Below, piece after piece: positions 49,247 to 59,328 of a stretch of 64,000 bases of DNA. The notes below the pieces were generated by a model. The model saw only the letters and a program-made list of their open reading frames with translations, was not told the DNA's origin and did not search any database. Position 1 is the first letter of the stretch; every line of letters starts with the position of its first letter. The translations under genes were made by a program, and so were the position numbers. The DNA is from an uncultured Chloroflexia bacterium (lineage in GTDB: Bacteria > Chloroflexota > Anaerolineae > JAAYZQ01), in NCBI GenBank assembly GCA_963700285.1, contig CAVOXA010000010.1, positions 704,001 to 768,000 of the forward strand, written 5' to 3'.

Positions 49247-50923
49247 GTGTACGACGTTTGGAGCAGGAACATGCGCGACAACGTGGGCTTGGTGCAGCAA
49301 AATGCAGGGCCAAGCACAGCCATCGTCGTATCTGGTAGCGAATCGGACCAAGCTTACTGGGGAGAACATTTTTGCCGAACTTCCAGCGACGTCTTTTGCC
49401 AGGATGGCAGCACGTACGTGGCTTCGGTTTACGAAAGGTTTCTGAGGGGCAACTTTCTGGGCACGTTCAACGCCTGGGCAGAAGCCATGCCAGGCATTGC
49501 CGCCAGCGGGATACCGCTTCCGGATGTTGGACTCATGAGCATGGTTTTTGGAAAAGGCAAGCGACTGAGTCCTTTTACGCAGGCACTCGGCAACCGCAAG
49601 CCGGCTTTTCCTACGCCCATGAAGGCACCGCAATCCGGCGTTTTTCTCCGTACTGTCGATCTTGCCAATCTATCTGCCAATTCCTGGGTACGCCACCTGA
49701 CCAGGAGTGGGTTCAGGGGCATGATCGTCAAATGGGGTGATGAAGCGGTCATTCCCGGGGTAGAATGGGATGCGAGGGCGCGTGATCTCAAGAAAGTAGA
49801 CGCAGTTCGTTTTGTGTGGCAGACAGAGATCACCAAGGACCTTGCCCGGGAAAAGGAATGGGTCGTGACTGACTCGGCTAGCGGTCTCATGAGATTCCAG
49901 TTCTCCAGGCAGGATCAGGATACGTTGCGGGGTAGAATAGCCGCGCTTGGAGACGATGTACAGGTTGGCGTCAACCTGGGCAGCCTGGCCATAAGCTATC
50001 CTTTCTTGGACACAGCTCTTGAGGTTCTTGGCGACGATGTTGTCGATCAAAAGAAATGGGCCAATTGGGACCCCTATGCCTGGATTGCCCTCTGCTGCCA
50101 GGATGAGAACCAGTGGCGGGCGGAAGCAGTGCACGAGGAACAACTGGGTAGAACAGGGATACGAGAGCTAGAGGCACATTATCCAGACTTCTATCCAAAA
50201 CTTGCCAGACTGCGCCGGGCGCTTGAGTCAAGAACCGGGCGGCCTCTGGCAGTTGGGGTATTGGATTTTGGGGAGACCTTTTGGGCAGATCTGGGGCTGC
50301 ATCTGACCCTGCGGGAAACGATGGATGCCCTGACAACCGAGTCGGATCGGGGCAGGGCAACCCGGGAACTCTTTGGTATCCCCCACGACCGGGACAAGAA
50401 TGGCAATATCATTGTTCGCAGCAACATTCCCCCCTCGGCCGATATCCGAGATTCCGTGCTCGTCGATTCGATAATCGTAGACCAGGATTCTGTCCTACGC
50501 AGAGGCGTGGTTGTTGGCGGCCGGCACGATTGGCTATCCATGCCCCAGGGGGGGTGCGCGCTCTTTTGCGCTGCGGATCGCCTGGAGTTCCAGGGGCCGC
50601 ATGGCGTTGCATTCCGCTCCCTTGGCTCCAAGATCATCATCGCTGAAGGTGGAAGGCACACCAGCCTGCTACTCCCAGATGGTCCAGCGGATATGGTTTC
50701 GAACGAATCAGTACTGGATTATAGCGGCGACAACTATGCCCAGCCAATTCTGGGCAACGAACTGTCTTTTGAGGATGCGGGCACCATCATGTCTGGCATA
50801 GATGGCCGCAACCTGGAGGACCGCTGGCTGCGAGCCTGGCAGGGGAAATGGAAGCCCCAGCAGACAGCAGCCACCCTCGGTCAGGGTGCGACCAAGTGTA
50901 CGGTCTCGGGCAGGACGAGATGA
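49247..50923 (+). CDS. Hypothetical protein resembling a sugar-1-phosphate nucleotidyltransferase
   Basis: GGAGGT SD + GTG; FGKGKRLSPFT...RKP resembles GxGxRLxPxT...KP; short IRDSVLVDSII beta-helix-like stretch. Confidence 0.6.
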   Translation: MYDVWSRNMRDNVGLVQQNAGPSTAIVVSGSESDQAYWGEHFCRTSSDVFCQDGSTYVASVYERFLRGNFLGTFNAWAEAMPGIAASGIPLPDVGLMSMVFGKGKRLSPFTQALGNRKPAFPTPMKAPQSGVFLRTVDLANLSANSWVRHLTRSGFRGMIVKWGDEAVIPGVEWDARARDLKKVDAVRFVWQTEITKDLAREKEWVVTDSASGLMRFQFSRQDQDTLRGRIAALGDDVQVGVNLGSLAISYPFLDTALEVLGDDVVDQKKWANWDPYAWIALCCQDENQWRAEAVHEEQLGRTGIRELEAHYPDFYPKLARLRRALESRTGRPLAVGVLDFGETFWADLGLHLTLRETMDALTTESDRGRATRELFGIPHDRDKNGNIIVRSNIPPSADIRDSVLVDSIIVDQDSVLRRGVVVGGRHDWLSMPQGGCALFCAADRLEFQGPHGVAFRSLGSKIIIAEGGRHTSLLLPDGPADMVSNESVLDYSGDNYAQPILGNELSFEDAGTIMSGIDGRNLEDRWLRAWQGKWKPQQTAATLGQGATKCTVSGRTR

Positions 50924-52737
50924 TCCCCCACTGGGGAGCCATCGGACCCCATGGCCGACAGCCAGGTTGAATCGCCAAAGGCATGTAGACCAATTGTTAA
51001 GGAGTAATCGCCCGGCTGGCCATACTCGGGTATGGGCAGCAAGTGAAGTGAGGCAAGCGGTATCCCTGGTAGCCAGCGATCGGTGGTGTCACGACCGGCC
51101 GTTGGCGAGCCGTCAGCGTACATCAGGAACTTGCCCTCTTTGTCCACCAGTTGAACGAGTGCCATCAGGTCCTCTTCCACTGGTTGGAGGCCTTGCCAGT
51201 AGAGGTACAGGACCAACTTGCCGCCAGGCTGTACCTGGTTGCTTTCCAGGCGATAGCCCAACAGCCGGAGCTCACCCCAATCCACGTTGAGGGACGTTGC
51301 CCCGGCGAGTTCCACCTCGGTGGCTACCGGCGCCGGTGCGTGAACAGGCCCGATGAAGCGAATGGGCGTGACGATCGCCAAGAGAAGCATCCCGGCTGCC
51401 AAGCCCCCCAGCAGCCACTTTTCCGCCCTCCCCTCCGCCCACCAGGCCCAGCCCACGACCAGGACAAGCATGATGGTGGGCATAACGGGATAGATGAGGC
51501 GGCCCTGGTCAGTACCCAGGACGGTGGCCGTCCACTGCAGTAGCGAGCCCAGGGTGATGACCGCATGCAAGCCCAATAGGCCCAGGCTCCATTTCGTAGC
51601 GCCCTCGAGTACGCTCCAACGGTGTGCCAGCCACGTGACGAAACCGGCCGCACCCGCCAGGCAGGCCACGCCGATGACCCAGTAGATCGCTTCATCAAAG
51701 GCAATACCGATCCAACCCAACCAGAAGGAGCGGAATACCCCCTTGAACAGCCAGGCCAGCACATCGAGACTCAGTGGTCCTTCGCGGCGGGCATTGATCT
51801 CGAGCAGGAATGACCAGCCCATGGGGTCGCCGTGCAGGAGCCAATTGCGGACAAAATACCAACCTGACAGGACTGCTACCAGGCCAAAGGCTAGCAACAA
51901 CCTGCCAGCGGCAGGCAGAACCCAAGCCCAACGCCCTGCCTCCCGCTCGCCATCTCCGGCGAATTGAGACCGGTAGCTGGCAACCAGCACAGCCAGACCC
52001 ACCACGGGCACCAACCCGATCAAATTCGCCTTGCTCAGCAGTCCCAGACCCAACAGAAGTCCCAACAGAGCGCAGCGCCGCCAGATAGGCTGAGACCCGG
52101 TGTCATGAAGCAAGGCGACCACCTGCCACAGGATCAAGGCCGAAAAGGTGAGGGCTGCATTGTCATTGTTCGCCACCGCAGACATGAAGATGAACTGGGG
52201 GGTAAAGGCAGTCAGGGCAGCCATCGTCAACGGGATGGCGGGTTGGGTAGGAAATAGTACGCGCCCAAGGCGGTAGACAGCCCAGACTGTAACCCCTCCG
52301 AGCACGACCGATAGGAGGCGAACCAGATGCCATGCCAGCGCCCAGCCGCGATAGGGCCATGCCTCATCTCTCGAGTGCAAGAGCAGGTTCTTTGGCGCAC
52401 GAGCGTCGGCGACGTCAAAGTGGGCGTTGGCCCGGATGGCAAAAGCCGCGTCCGTCTCATCTTCCACCCAGAATGTGAGCGCTGCACCTAGGACATAATA
52501 GAGCGGCGGCTGGAAAGCCTCGTGCTCCTCCTGTGTAGTTGGCAGCCGGCCATGTTGCGCCAGATAGCGGACGTAGGTAAAGTGTGGCACCTCGTCCGGC
52601 GCCTCACCCAGAGGGATGGTCACGCTGTACCAGACCGCGAGAACGAGGTAGAGAAGCAGCACGACGCCGAGCAAGATCCCAGACCTATCCTGCTTATCCC
52701 TGGCAAAGTCCTGGGGGCGATCCTGTTGCTGGCTCAC
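50881..52737 (-). CDS. GT-C (GT39/DUF2142-like) membrane glycosyltransferase
   Basis: APDEVPH, QPPLYY, NNDN, LLSK, QGRLIYP; C-terminal Ig-like domain. Confidence 0.82.
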   Translation of the reverse strand: MSQQQDRPQDFARDKQDRSGILLGVVLLLYLVLAVWYSVTIPLGEAPDEVPHFTYVRYLAQHGRLPTTQEEHEAFQPPLYYVLGAALTFWVEDETDAAFAIRANAHFDVADARAPKNLLLHSRDEAWPYRGWALAWHLVRLLSVVLGGVTVWAVYRLGRVLFPTQPAIPLTMAALTAFTPQFIFMSAVANNDNAALTFSALILWQVVALLHDTGSQPIWRRCALLGLLLGLGLLSKANLIGLVPVVGLAVLVASYRSQFAGDGEREAGRWAWVLPAAGRLLLAFGLVAVLSGWYFVRNWLLHGDPMGWSFLLEINARREGPLSLDVLAWLFKGVFRSFWLGWIGIAFDEAIYWVIGVACLAGAAGFVTWLAHRWSVLEGATKWSLGLLGLHAVITLGSLLQWTATVLGTDQGRLIYPVMPTIMLVLVVGWAWWAEGRAEKWLLGGLAAGMLLLAIVTPIRFIGPVHAPAPVATEVELAGATSLNVDWGELRLLGYRLESNQVQPGGKLVLYLYWQGLQPVEEDLMALVQLVDKEGKFLMYADGSPTAGRDTTDRWLPGIPLASLHLLPIPEYGQPGDYSLTIGLHAFGDSTWLSAMGSDGSPVGDHLVLPETVHLVAP

Positions 52738-54974
52738 GGCGCCACTACCTCGATCTCGCCCAGGAAGATACGGCCGCCGCCACGGGCAGTGGTACTCGCC
52801 GCGGCCACAATGCCAAGGTTACGGACCGTATCGTACTCGTACATGCCTGCCCACAGGAGGTAGCGGCCGGGTGTTAGATCGGCAGGCAGCACCAGGTGGT
52901 GGGCGTCCGGTACCAGCTCCCCGGCCAGCCATCGCGTCGTGGGGCTAAACCCACCGCCAGGATCGCCGTCGTGCTGGGCTGGCTGACGGGTTACTGCCGC
53001 GTCAGTCATGTGTACGAAGGTCTTGTATCCCTGATCCAGGCTGCGCAGTGCCCGCCAGTAAAGTGTGACATCTAGGGTATCACCAGGGCGATAGCTCGTC
53101 TCGCCAGTCGTGAAAGCCAAAAGCTCAACCGTGTCCTCCAGGTTGGCGTTTACCAGCTGGGTAGCCCGCAGCGCGCCGTTGGGCCAGATCAAGCTAGAGA
53201 ACAAGACCACAGCCAACAACACGTAGCAAGCGGCGAGCAGTAGAGGACCGGGTCTGGACCTGGCCCCAGCCGACCGGCCAAGGGCGAACAGGCCAGCACT
53301 CGTAGCCAGAGCTGCGACCAGGGATATCAGGGTACCCCAGCGCTGCGAGGGCGTGGCACTCAATCGCAATGCGAATGAGCCGCCCCCCGCTGGCAAGTCA
53401 AAGGCAGCCAGACCCAGAACGCCTTCTGGATGACCGGCGTACGATTGCCTGCTGGCGCGCTCCGCAGCCGCCCAACCCGGATAGTAGAACTGGTGTAGGG
53501 ACACTGTAGTCTCCTGATCCGTGGTCAAGGTGAGATCATAGAGGGCATGGCCTACACCCGCGAGTATGACCTGGCCTGCGGCCAGAGGCCCCCTGTCTTG
53601 CGCTGGTTCTGCAGCAGCATGGGACAGAGCCCAACGCTGCTCCGTCACCCAGACAGGCAAATACTCCCCGGTCCAGGTCGTACCCACCTGGCCGTGGTCC
53701 CGGTCCGTCTGCCACATTGCTTCGACTGAAGAATCAGGGTACGAGGGTGTGATGGACAGTTGCCCCAGGGACCAGACCGCGGTGGCTACAACCATCGTAG
53801 CTCCCAGTACAATCCTGCCCCAATGGGACGGGCGCGTCAGGCCCTGTACCACTGCGCCGGCCAAAAAGGCAGTGGCCAGCACTGTGAGGGTCTGGAAACG
53901 CCAAGGATACTGGAGGAAAGCCAGCCCCCACTCCAGCATCCGCCAGATCGGCAGCGAGGTCACGGTCAGCATAAGGGTGGACAACAGAGCGACAGCTAGG
54001 AACAGAAGGGTCACCCAGCGTCGCGGGCCAGGACGAAAGGCTACGACAAAGGAAGCGACAATGAACAGGACCTGAAGCAATCCCAGAGGAAAAACCCGGG
54101 CCACAGTGGGGTCAGATGAGTAAGGGTAGATGGGGGACCAAGCAAGCAGGCTGGACCACGATAGGAGATGGTCTTGGTAGCCCTGGGAGGCGCCATGGCC
54201 CAGACCCACGTAGCGCGACTCGGTCAGGACCGGCAACCAGTAAAAAGCACTCACAGCCGCGGCCAGAGCCAGGGCTGCGAGCACGTGACCAATCGCTCGC
54301 CGCTCGCCCACCCTGATGATCAGGATAAGAAGATACACTGCCAGGACCGGGGCAAAGATCAAGGCCGACAGGCTGTGCGTGGTCACCAGAGCGGCCAGGG
54401 TCAGTGCAGCCAGTCCCAACCTGTAGAGTCGTGCTTCATCCCGGTTTTCGACCAGCCCGTGAAAGGCCCACAGTACCAGCGGGAACCACACAAAAGCCAG
54501 GAACTCGGCGACGGCCCCTCGTACGTAAAAGTCCGCCAGGTGGTAGGGCATGTAGGCATAGACTGCGGCAGCGACCAGCGCCGGGCCGCGGTCCAGGTGC
54601 AGCCGGGCAAAGAGAAGCATGGCCAGCGCCGAGGCTACCAAACCTGTGGCAAAGACTAGCTGCAAAGCCAGCGCAGCGTTGGCGCCCAGGAGCATGAAGG
54701 GCAGGCCCCAATAGTAACTCAATGGCCCGTAAAAGTTCAGCACAGGATGGCCATAACCGAAGGCCAGATCTGGGAACCAGCGGGGGTAGAGAACCCCGGC
54801 ACGTACAGCCCGATCCAGCGCAGCCAGCCGGTAAACATGAAAGATGCCATCATCGGAGGCAAAGAACCCGGGCCGCGCCAGGGGAATGAGCGCAGGCAGG
54901 GTCAAGGGGACAACCCACCAACCGGTTGGGACACGACCAGGTGTTTGGATTAGGGCCCTGATCCGCAGGTTCAC
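52734..54974 (-). CDS. GT-C-like membrane protein (PTPS-related/YfhO-like)
   Basis: YPRWFPDLAFGYGHP..NFYGPL, RGAVAE, LQYPWRF, FYYPGW. Confidence 0.82.
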   Translation of the reverse strand: MNLRIRALIQTPGRVPTGWWVVPLTLPALIPLARPGFFASDDGIFHVYRLAALDRAVRAGVLYPRWFPDLAFGYGHPVLNFYGPLSYYWGLPFMLLGANAALALQLVFATGLVASALAMLLFARLHLDRGPALVAAAVYAYMPYHLADFYVRGAVAEFLAFVWFPLVLWAFHGLVENRDEARLYRLGLAALTLAALVTTHSLSALIFAPVLAVYLLILIIRVGERRAIGHVLAALALAAAVSAFYWLPVLTESRYVGLGHGASQGYQDHLLSWSSLLAWSPIYPYSSDPTVARVFPLGLLQVLFIVASFVVAFRPGPRRWVTLLFLAVALLSTLMLTVTSLPIWRMLEWGLAFLQYPWRFQTLTVLATAFLAGAVVQGLTRPSHWGRIVLGATMVVATAVWSLGQLSITPSYPDSSVEAMWQTDRDHGQVGTTWTGEYLPVWVTEQRWALSHAAAEPAQDRGPLAAGQVILAGVGHALYDLTLTTDQETTVSLHQFYYPGWAAAERASRQSYAGHPEGVLGLAAFDLPAGGGSFALRLSATPSQRWGTLISLVAALATSAGLFALGRSAGARSRPGPLLLAACYVLLAVVLFSSLIWPNGALRATQLVNANLEDTVELLAFTTGETSYRPGDTLDVTLYWRALRSLDQGYKTFVHMTDAAVTRQPAQHDGDPGGGFSPTTRWLAGELVPDAHHLVLPADLTPGRYLLWAGMYEYDTVRNLGIVAAASTTARGGGRIFLGEIEVVAP

Positions 54975-55189
54975 GCGGGGATTATAGCACGGCCGTCACG
55001 TTGCGGCAAGTGCGCTGCTGGTACCTGTCAGTTGACCGAAAGGCGAGATTCGGGTATACTCCCAATAGCTCACGGGGCCGCCTCGTCCGGCTGGTGGGTA
55101 AGGGCCACCACGGTGCTGGTTGCACCTCTTTGGTCCGCTCGTTGCAGTTGCGAGGTTCGTAGCTACTACATTTTCCAAACACACGGATT

Positions 55190-56263
55190 ATGACGCTGAT
55201 CCTGGGCATTGAAACGTCGTGCGACGAAACGGCCGCGTCTGTGGTAAAAGACGGGCAGTTCATCCTCAGCAACGTCGTTGCTTCGCAAGTCGATATCCAT
55301 CGCCGCTACGGCGGCATCTTTCCCGAGGTGGCTTCTCGCCAGCACATCTTGAGTATCCTGCCAGTCATTGAAGAGGCTCTCTTTGGAGCTGACGTTGACT
55401 GGGACGACCTGGCAGCCGTAGCGGTGACCCACGGGCCGGGGCTGGCCGGCTCGCTACTCGTGGGCGTCAACGCGGCCAAGGGACTGGCCTGGGGACGTGG
55501 GTTGCCCCTCGTCGGCATCAATCACATTGAAGCACACATCTATGCCAATTGGCTCATCCGGGATGCCCCACCACCAGAATTTCCGCTGATCTGCCTGATC
55601 GTCTCCGGGGGGCACAGTGAGCTGGTCCTGATGACGGGCCATGGACAGTACCGGCGGTTGGGCGGTACACTGGACGACGCCGCTGGCGAAGCATTCGACA
55701 AGGTTGGGCGATTGCTTGAACTGCCCTATCCTGGTGGACCGGCAATCCAGAAGGCAGCTCGTGACGGCACACCATCGGCCTTCAAACTGCCCCGCGCCTG
55801 GCTGCCAGGCACCTACGACTTTAGCTTCTCAGGGCTCAAGACGGCGGTCCTGCGCATCGCGCAACAGCATCAGGCAAAATCCAGCGACCAGGCGAGCTTT
55901 AAGCCACGGGCAAGGAGTTCGCAGCATCCACCGCTCACGCGGCTGATCTCCGTCGCCAACTTGGCCGCCAGTTTCCAGGCAGCTGTGGTAGAGGTCTTGG
56001 TGGAGAAAACCCGCCATGCGGCGGAAGAATTCGAAGCCAAGGCGGTATTGATGGCTGGCGGGGTGGCAGCGAATGAGCTGTTGCGGGAAGAAATGTCAAA
56101 GCGCAACTCAATACCTGTACGCTATCCCCCCATTGGGCTATGTACCGACAATGCGGCCATGATCGCCAGCAGTGGTTTTTTCCGTTTCAAGGCAGGTGAG
56201 CGGGCGGGGTGGGAATTGGACGTGATACCCAGCCTGCACTTGATCGAGAAGGAACCCGCGTAA
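55190..56263 (+). CDS. tsaD: tRNA t6A biosynthesis protein TsaD
   Basis: [41 protein letters not shown]. Confidence 0.98.
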   Translation: MTLILGIETSCDETAASVVKDGQFILSNVVASQVDIHRRYGGIFPEVASRQHILSILPVIEEALFGADVDWDDLAAVAVTHGPGLAGSLLVGVNAAKGLAWGRGLPLVGINHIEAHIYANWLIRDAPPPEFPLICLIVSGGHSELVLMTGHGQYRRLGGTLDDAAGEAFDKVGRLLELPYPGGPAIQKAARDGTPSAFKLPRAWLPGTYDFSFSGLKTAVLRIAQQHQAKSSDQASFKPRARSSQHPPLTRLISVANLAASFQAAVVEVLVEKTRHAAEEFEAKAVLMAGGVAANELLREEMSKRNSIPVRYPPIGLCTDNAAMIASSGFFRFKAGERAGWELDVIPSLHLIEKEPA

Positions 56264-56409
56264 GCCTACGTACCACAAAGCCTAGATTCTGAGCAATTTC
56301 GCAACGAGCATGGGCGGTGCGTGTTTTCGGTGGTGTGGCACATGCTTGATCTCTCCACTGTGAGAGCGGATTTCTCTCAATCTTCTGTGTTCGGTAGGAG
56401 AAATACAAC

Positions 56410-57918
56410 ATGAACTCTGTTGTCCTCGAATCTGCAGCGGGCAAACCTAGACACTCATGGTTGCACCCCATTAACATCGCCTTCGTCCCTGGCTCAATGA
56501 CGGCCTTGTCGGAGGAAGTTGTAGAGGGACTGCTCCAGCATGCTCGTCTCCAGGGGCATCAGGTCCAGGCTATGCCCGACGACAGCACAGATATCGTTCT
56601 GACCACCGCTGCTTTTGGTAAACCGTTGAACTGGCGCCAGGCTCTGATGCTCTCCAGCCGTCGACGCTTCAAGCTGCAGCGTACGCCAGTCGTCTACACG
56701 ATGCTACACACTGGTCCCATAGAGTTTCAGCAGTTGCTGGACCATTTCCAGGTTGCACTCTCCAAGGAGCCGCCCGACCCGTCGGACTTTGATTACCCCG
56801 GCCTTGCCCCCACGGCCTACCTGACGCTGGTTGAGCAAGGTCGTCGTGGCGGGCCGATTCTTTCTCTAGAGCGGCTACTTCAAGCTCAAGCCAAATGTAT
56901 TCGCATCCTCCTTCTGGTCGGAGATGAGCGCCCCCAGGCCGTCTACCACTTTGACCTTGTTGGCGCGTATCCTTGCAGTGAGGCAAACGACGACCTATCT
57001 GCCTTCTACGACGACATTGTCCTGCGGATCGCGACTACCGTCTCCACGGACGAGGTGACGCAACACCAGGTAGTGGGCAAGCCCATCCCTCACTCTGTCT
57101 GGCAGAGTCTTAGGACGCCTCGGGCCATGACCACGGCGGCCCGGCAGTTGGGCAAGCGCAACTTTTTCACCGAGATGGTGCGCATCGCGGACCTGGTACA
57201 TGTGCCGTCTGTCGGCGATGCAGTGGCGGAGCAGTACAGCGAGGGCTGTTTTTCTACGTGGGACTCGGATCTGGGAGCGCTTGTTGCCACGATCACGGGT
57301 AGTGCCCGCCCCGTGAAAAAGAGCGATATCACCGAAGACGATTTGGCTGTGATCGTGGGGGTTCGCCCTGATGAAAAGGGCGCCCTCGTCCGCGAGGTAG
57401 AGGGAAAACAGAATTCGCCCCCTTCTTCGGAAGCGCTGGAGATGATAGACATGGATACCGCGCTCCCAACCATCCTTCTGAAGGAGGATTGGGACTTGGC
57501 AGGTGAGGCATCCGCTGCCAAGGTACCAGTGGCCCGCTCCAAACTGCACGGCCACCGGGGCATTCGGGCCTATCGCCCGGAGTATGTTGAATTTGTGCCA
57601 CTGTATCCCCAGTATTATCACTACATTGTCTCTTGTGCGACGGGGGCGCAGGCACGGGGGATCAAAGAGGCCTTTGCCCGCTCAGCGGCTCTGCAAGATC
57701 CGGATGACCCGCGCCAGGTCGTCTTTACCGTCCTCCCCGGTCACGGCACGGTGATTGCCGAGAAATGGGCGCCAGGCAAGGCCCCATTTGAGATCATCTG
57801 GGAGTACATGGATGCTGGCTACCTTCAAGTAGACAATCGTATTCCCCAGGGTCCCATGGCCTATGATCCCGATCCTGATGGGCTCATGGTTTTCGAGCCA
57901 GCGCCAGCCAGAACGTAG
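56410..57918 (+). CDS. Hypothetical protein with a C-terminal class II aldolase/adducin-like domain
   Basis: SEGCFS, ITGS, PSSE, LHGH and LPGHG echo class II aldolase motifs. Confidence 0.6.
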   Translation: MNSVVLESAAGKPRHSWLHPINIAFVPGSMTALSEEVVEGLLQHARLQGHQVQAMPDDSTDIVLTTAAFGKPLNWRQALMLSSRRRFKLQRTPVVYTMLHTGPIEFQQLLDHFQVALSKEPPDPSDFDYPGLAPTAYLTLVEQGRRGGPILSLERLLQAQAKCIRILLLVGDERPQAVYHFDLVGAYPCSEANDDLSAFYDDIVLRIATTVSTDEVTQHQVVGKPIPHSVWQSLRTPRAMTTAARQLGKRNFFTEMVRIADLVHVPSVGDAVAEQYSEGCFSTWDSDLGALVATITGSARPVKKSDITEDDLAVIVGVRPDEKGALVREVEGKQNSPPSSEALEMIDMDTALPTILLKEDWDLAGEASAAKVPVARSKLHGHRGIRAYRPEYVEFVPLYPQYYHYIVSCATGAQARGIKEAFARSAALQDPDDPRQVVFTVLPGHGTVIAEKWAPGKAPFEIIWEYMDAGYLQVDNRIPQGPMAYDPDPDGLMVFEPAPART

Positions 57919-57935
57919 ATCAGAGAAGCAATGGG

Positions 57936-57987
57936 TTGACAAAAGAGACGAAACAAGATAAGATGGGGCGCGTACCCGACGGGGGTA
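57936..57987 (+). promoter_or_regulatory. sigma70 promoter plus CsoR-family operator
   Basis: TTGACA(57936)-17 nt-TAAGAT; TACCC-GACGG-GGGTA inverted repeat at 57973-57987. Confidence 0.7.
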
Positions 57988-58007
57988 TCCACAACAGGGA
58001 CGCGGCC

Positions 58008-58319
58008 ATGAGCACAGAAGAGATCACAAATCGCCTCAAGCGGGTTGAAGGCCAGATCCGCGGTCTGCAGCGGATGGTTGATGATGGGCGGGATTGCGAG
58101 GCCATTCTCACCCAACTAATGGCCGCCCGAGCGGCCCTCGACCAAGTAGGATTGATTGTGGCCGATAATTTTGTGCAAGAGTGTGTACTTGCGGCCGATG
58201 CTGACATAGCTCGAGAGCGGGCGGGACGCGTGTTGTCGATGGTCTTTGCCCGATTCTCTATCCCTCTTGGAGAGGGGTATTACATCGCAGAGGAAGCCAC
58301 GTTACCGGACCAAGCGTGA
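58008..58319 (+). CDS. CsoR/RcnR/CstR-family transcriptional repressor
   Basis: RLKRVEGQIRGLQRM...C..IL.Q..A.RAAL...C. Confidence 0.9.
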   Translation: MSTEEITNRLKRVEGQIRGLQRMVDDGRDCEAILTQLMAARAALDQVGLIVADNFVQECVLAADADIARERAGRVLSMVFARFSIPLGEGYYIAEEATLPDQA

Positions 58320-58373
58320 CATGAAGACCTCGAGTTGTGAGACTTGGCAAAGCTTCCAAGGAGGAACGACACT

Positions 58374-58697
58374 ATGGCAAAACCGGTTGTCGTCACGGAC
58401 GACACATTTGAAGAAGCTGTACTGAAAGCAGATCTGCCCACCATCGTGGACTTTTGGGCTGTGTGGTGCGGACCCTGCAAGATGATCGCGCCAGTGCTTG
58501 AGGAGATCGCTGAAGAGTATGATGGCCAGGTCGTGATCGCCAAGCTGGACGTTGATCATAATGGCCAATCAGCCATGCAGTATGGGGTCATGAGCATCCC
58601 GACTCTCATCATCTTCAAGGATGGACAGGCCGTGGAGCGGATCGTGGGTTTCATGCCCAAGGCCAAACTACTGGCCAAGATTACGCCCCATCTTTAA
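58374..58697 (+). CDS. trxA: Thioredoxin
   Basis: [15 protein letters not shown]; AAGGAGG SD. Confidence 0.97.
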   Translation: MAKPVVVTDDTFEEAVLKADLPTIVDFWAVWCGPCKMIAPVLEEIAEEYDGQVVIAKLDVDHNGQSAMQYGVMSIPTLIIFKDGQAVERIVGFMPKAKLLAKITPHL

Positions 58698-58788
58698 TCA
58701 AGTCGTTCGGGATTCTCGAGGTCAGGCATGTCACCTGGCCTGACGTCTCGATCACCAGGGTATCCGCGCACCGTATTGGCATTCAGTT

Positions 58789-58825
58789 CCGCCCTGGGAC
58801 ACCCTGCTCCAGGGACGGGGTTTTT
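58789..58825 (+). terminator. Terminator after trxA
   Basis: CCG-CCCTGG...CCAGGG-A-CGG stem followed by TTTTT. Confidence 0.55.
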
Positions 58826-58863
58826 GGATGTTCGTCGCACAATCGTGCAGCACCATGCACCAT

Positions 58864-58892
58864 TTGACAAATGCCAGGGGCTGTGCTAAGAT
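58864..58892 (+). promoter_or_regulatory. Promoter of the T-box/trpS leader
   Basis: TTGACA-17 nt-(TG-n-)TAAGAT. Confidence 0.7.
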
Positions 58893-58914
58893 TTGCTTGA
58901 GAAGTTAAAAACGC

Positions 58915-59274
58915 AAAGGCTGAGATCAGGAGTAGTAGCTGTCAAAGCGGGGTTCAGAGAGTCGGGGTAAGGTGAGAGCCCGATACCAGCGCAGACAGTG
59001 AATGGGCCTGGGAGCTGCCCGCCGAACGCCAGCAGGTTGCGCAGTTTGAGCCGCAGGGGCAAGTAGTCGGAGCCGGAGTCGCCACCGTTATCAGGGCCGA
59101 GGGTATCGTCTGCCGTTGCTTGGTGGGCTGTGCCCGCAGAGTGAGGCTGGCATGCCTGTTTGCTATCCGCTTTCACCGGCGGATTTTTTGTTGGGCTGTA
59201 CTGGCCTAAGAGAGGTGGTACCACGGGTGTCTTTGAAAAAGGCGCTCGCCCTCAATTGAGGGCGAGCGCCTTTT
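58915..59274 (+). ncRNA. Tryptophan T-box riboswitch
   Basis: Stem I with AGTA, AGAGA and GGTGAGA boxes; specifier GAA-TGG (59003-59005); T-box AGAGGTGGTACCACG (59211-59225); terminator 59237-59274; upstream of trpS. Confidence 0.92.
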
Positions 59275-59328
59275 ACTGTGGGATTCAAGCTTCTCTGCAA
59301 GAGGACAAGCGTACGATGGAGGGCTCGA

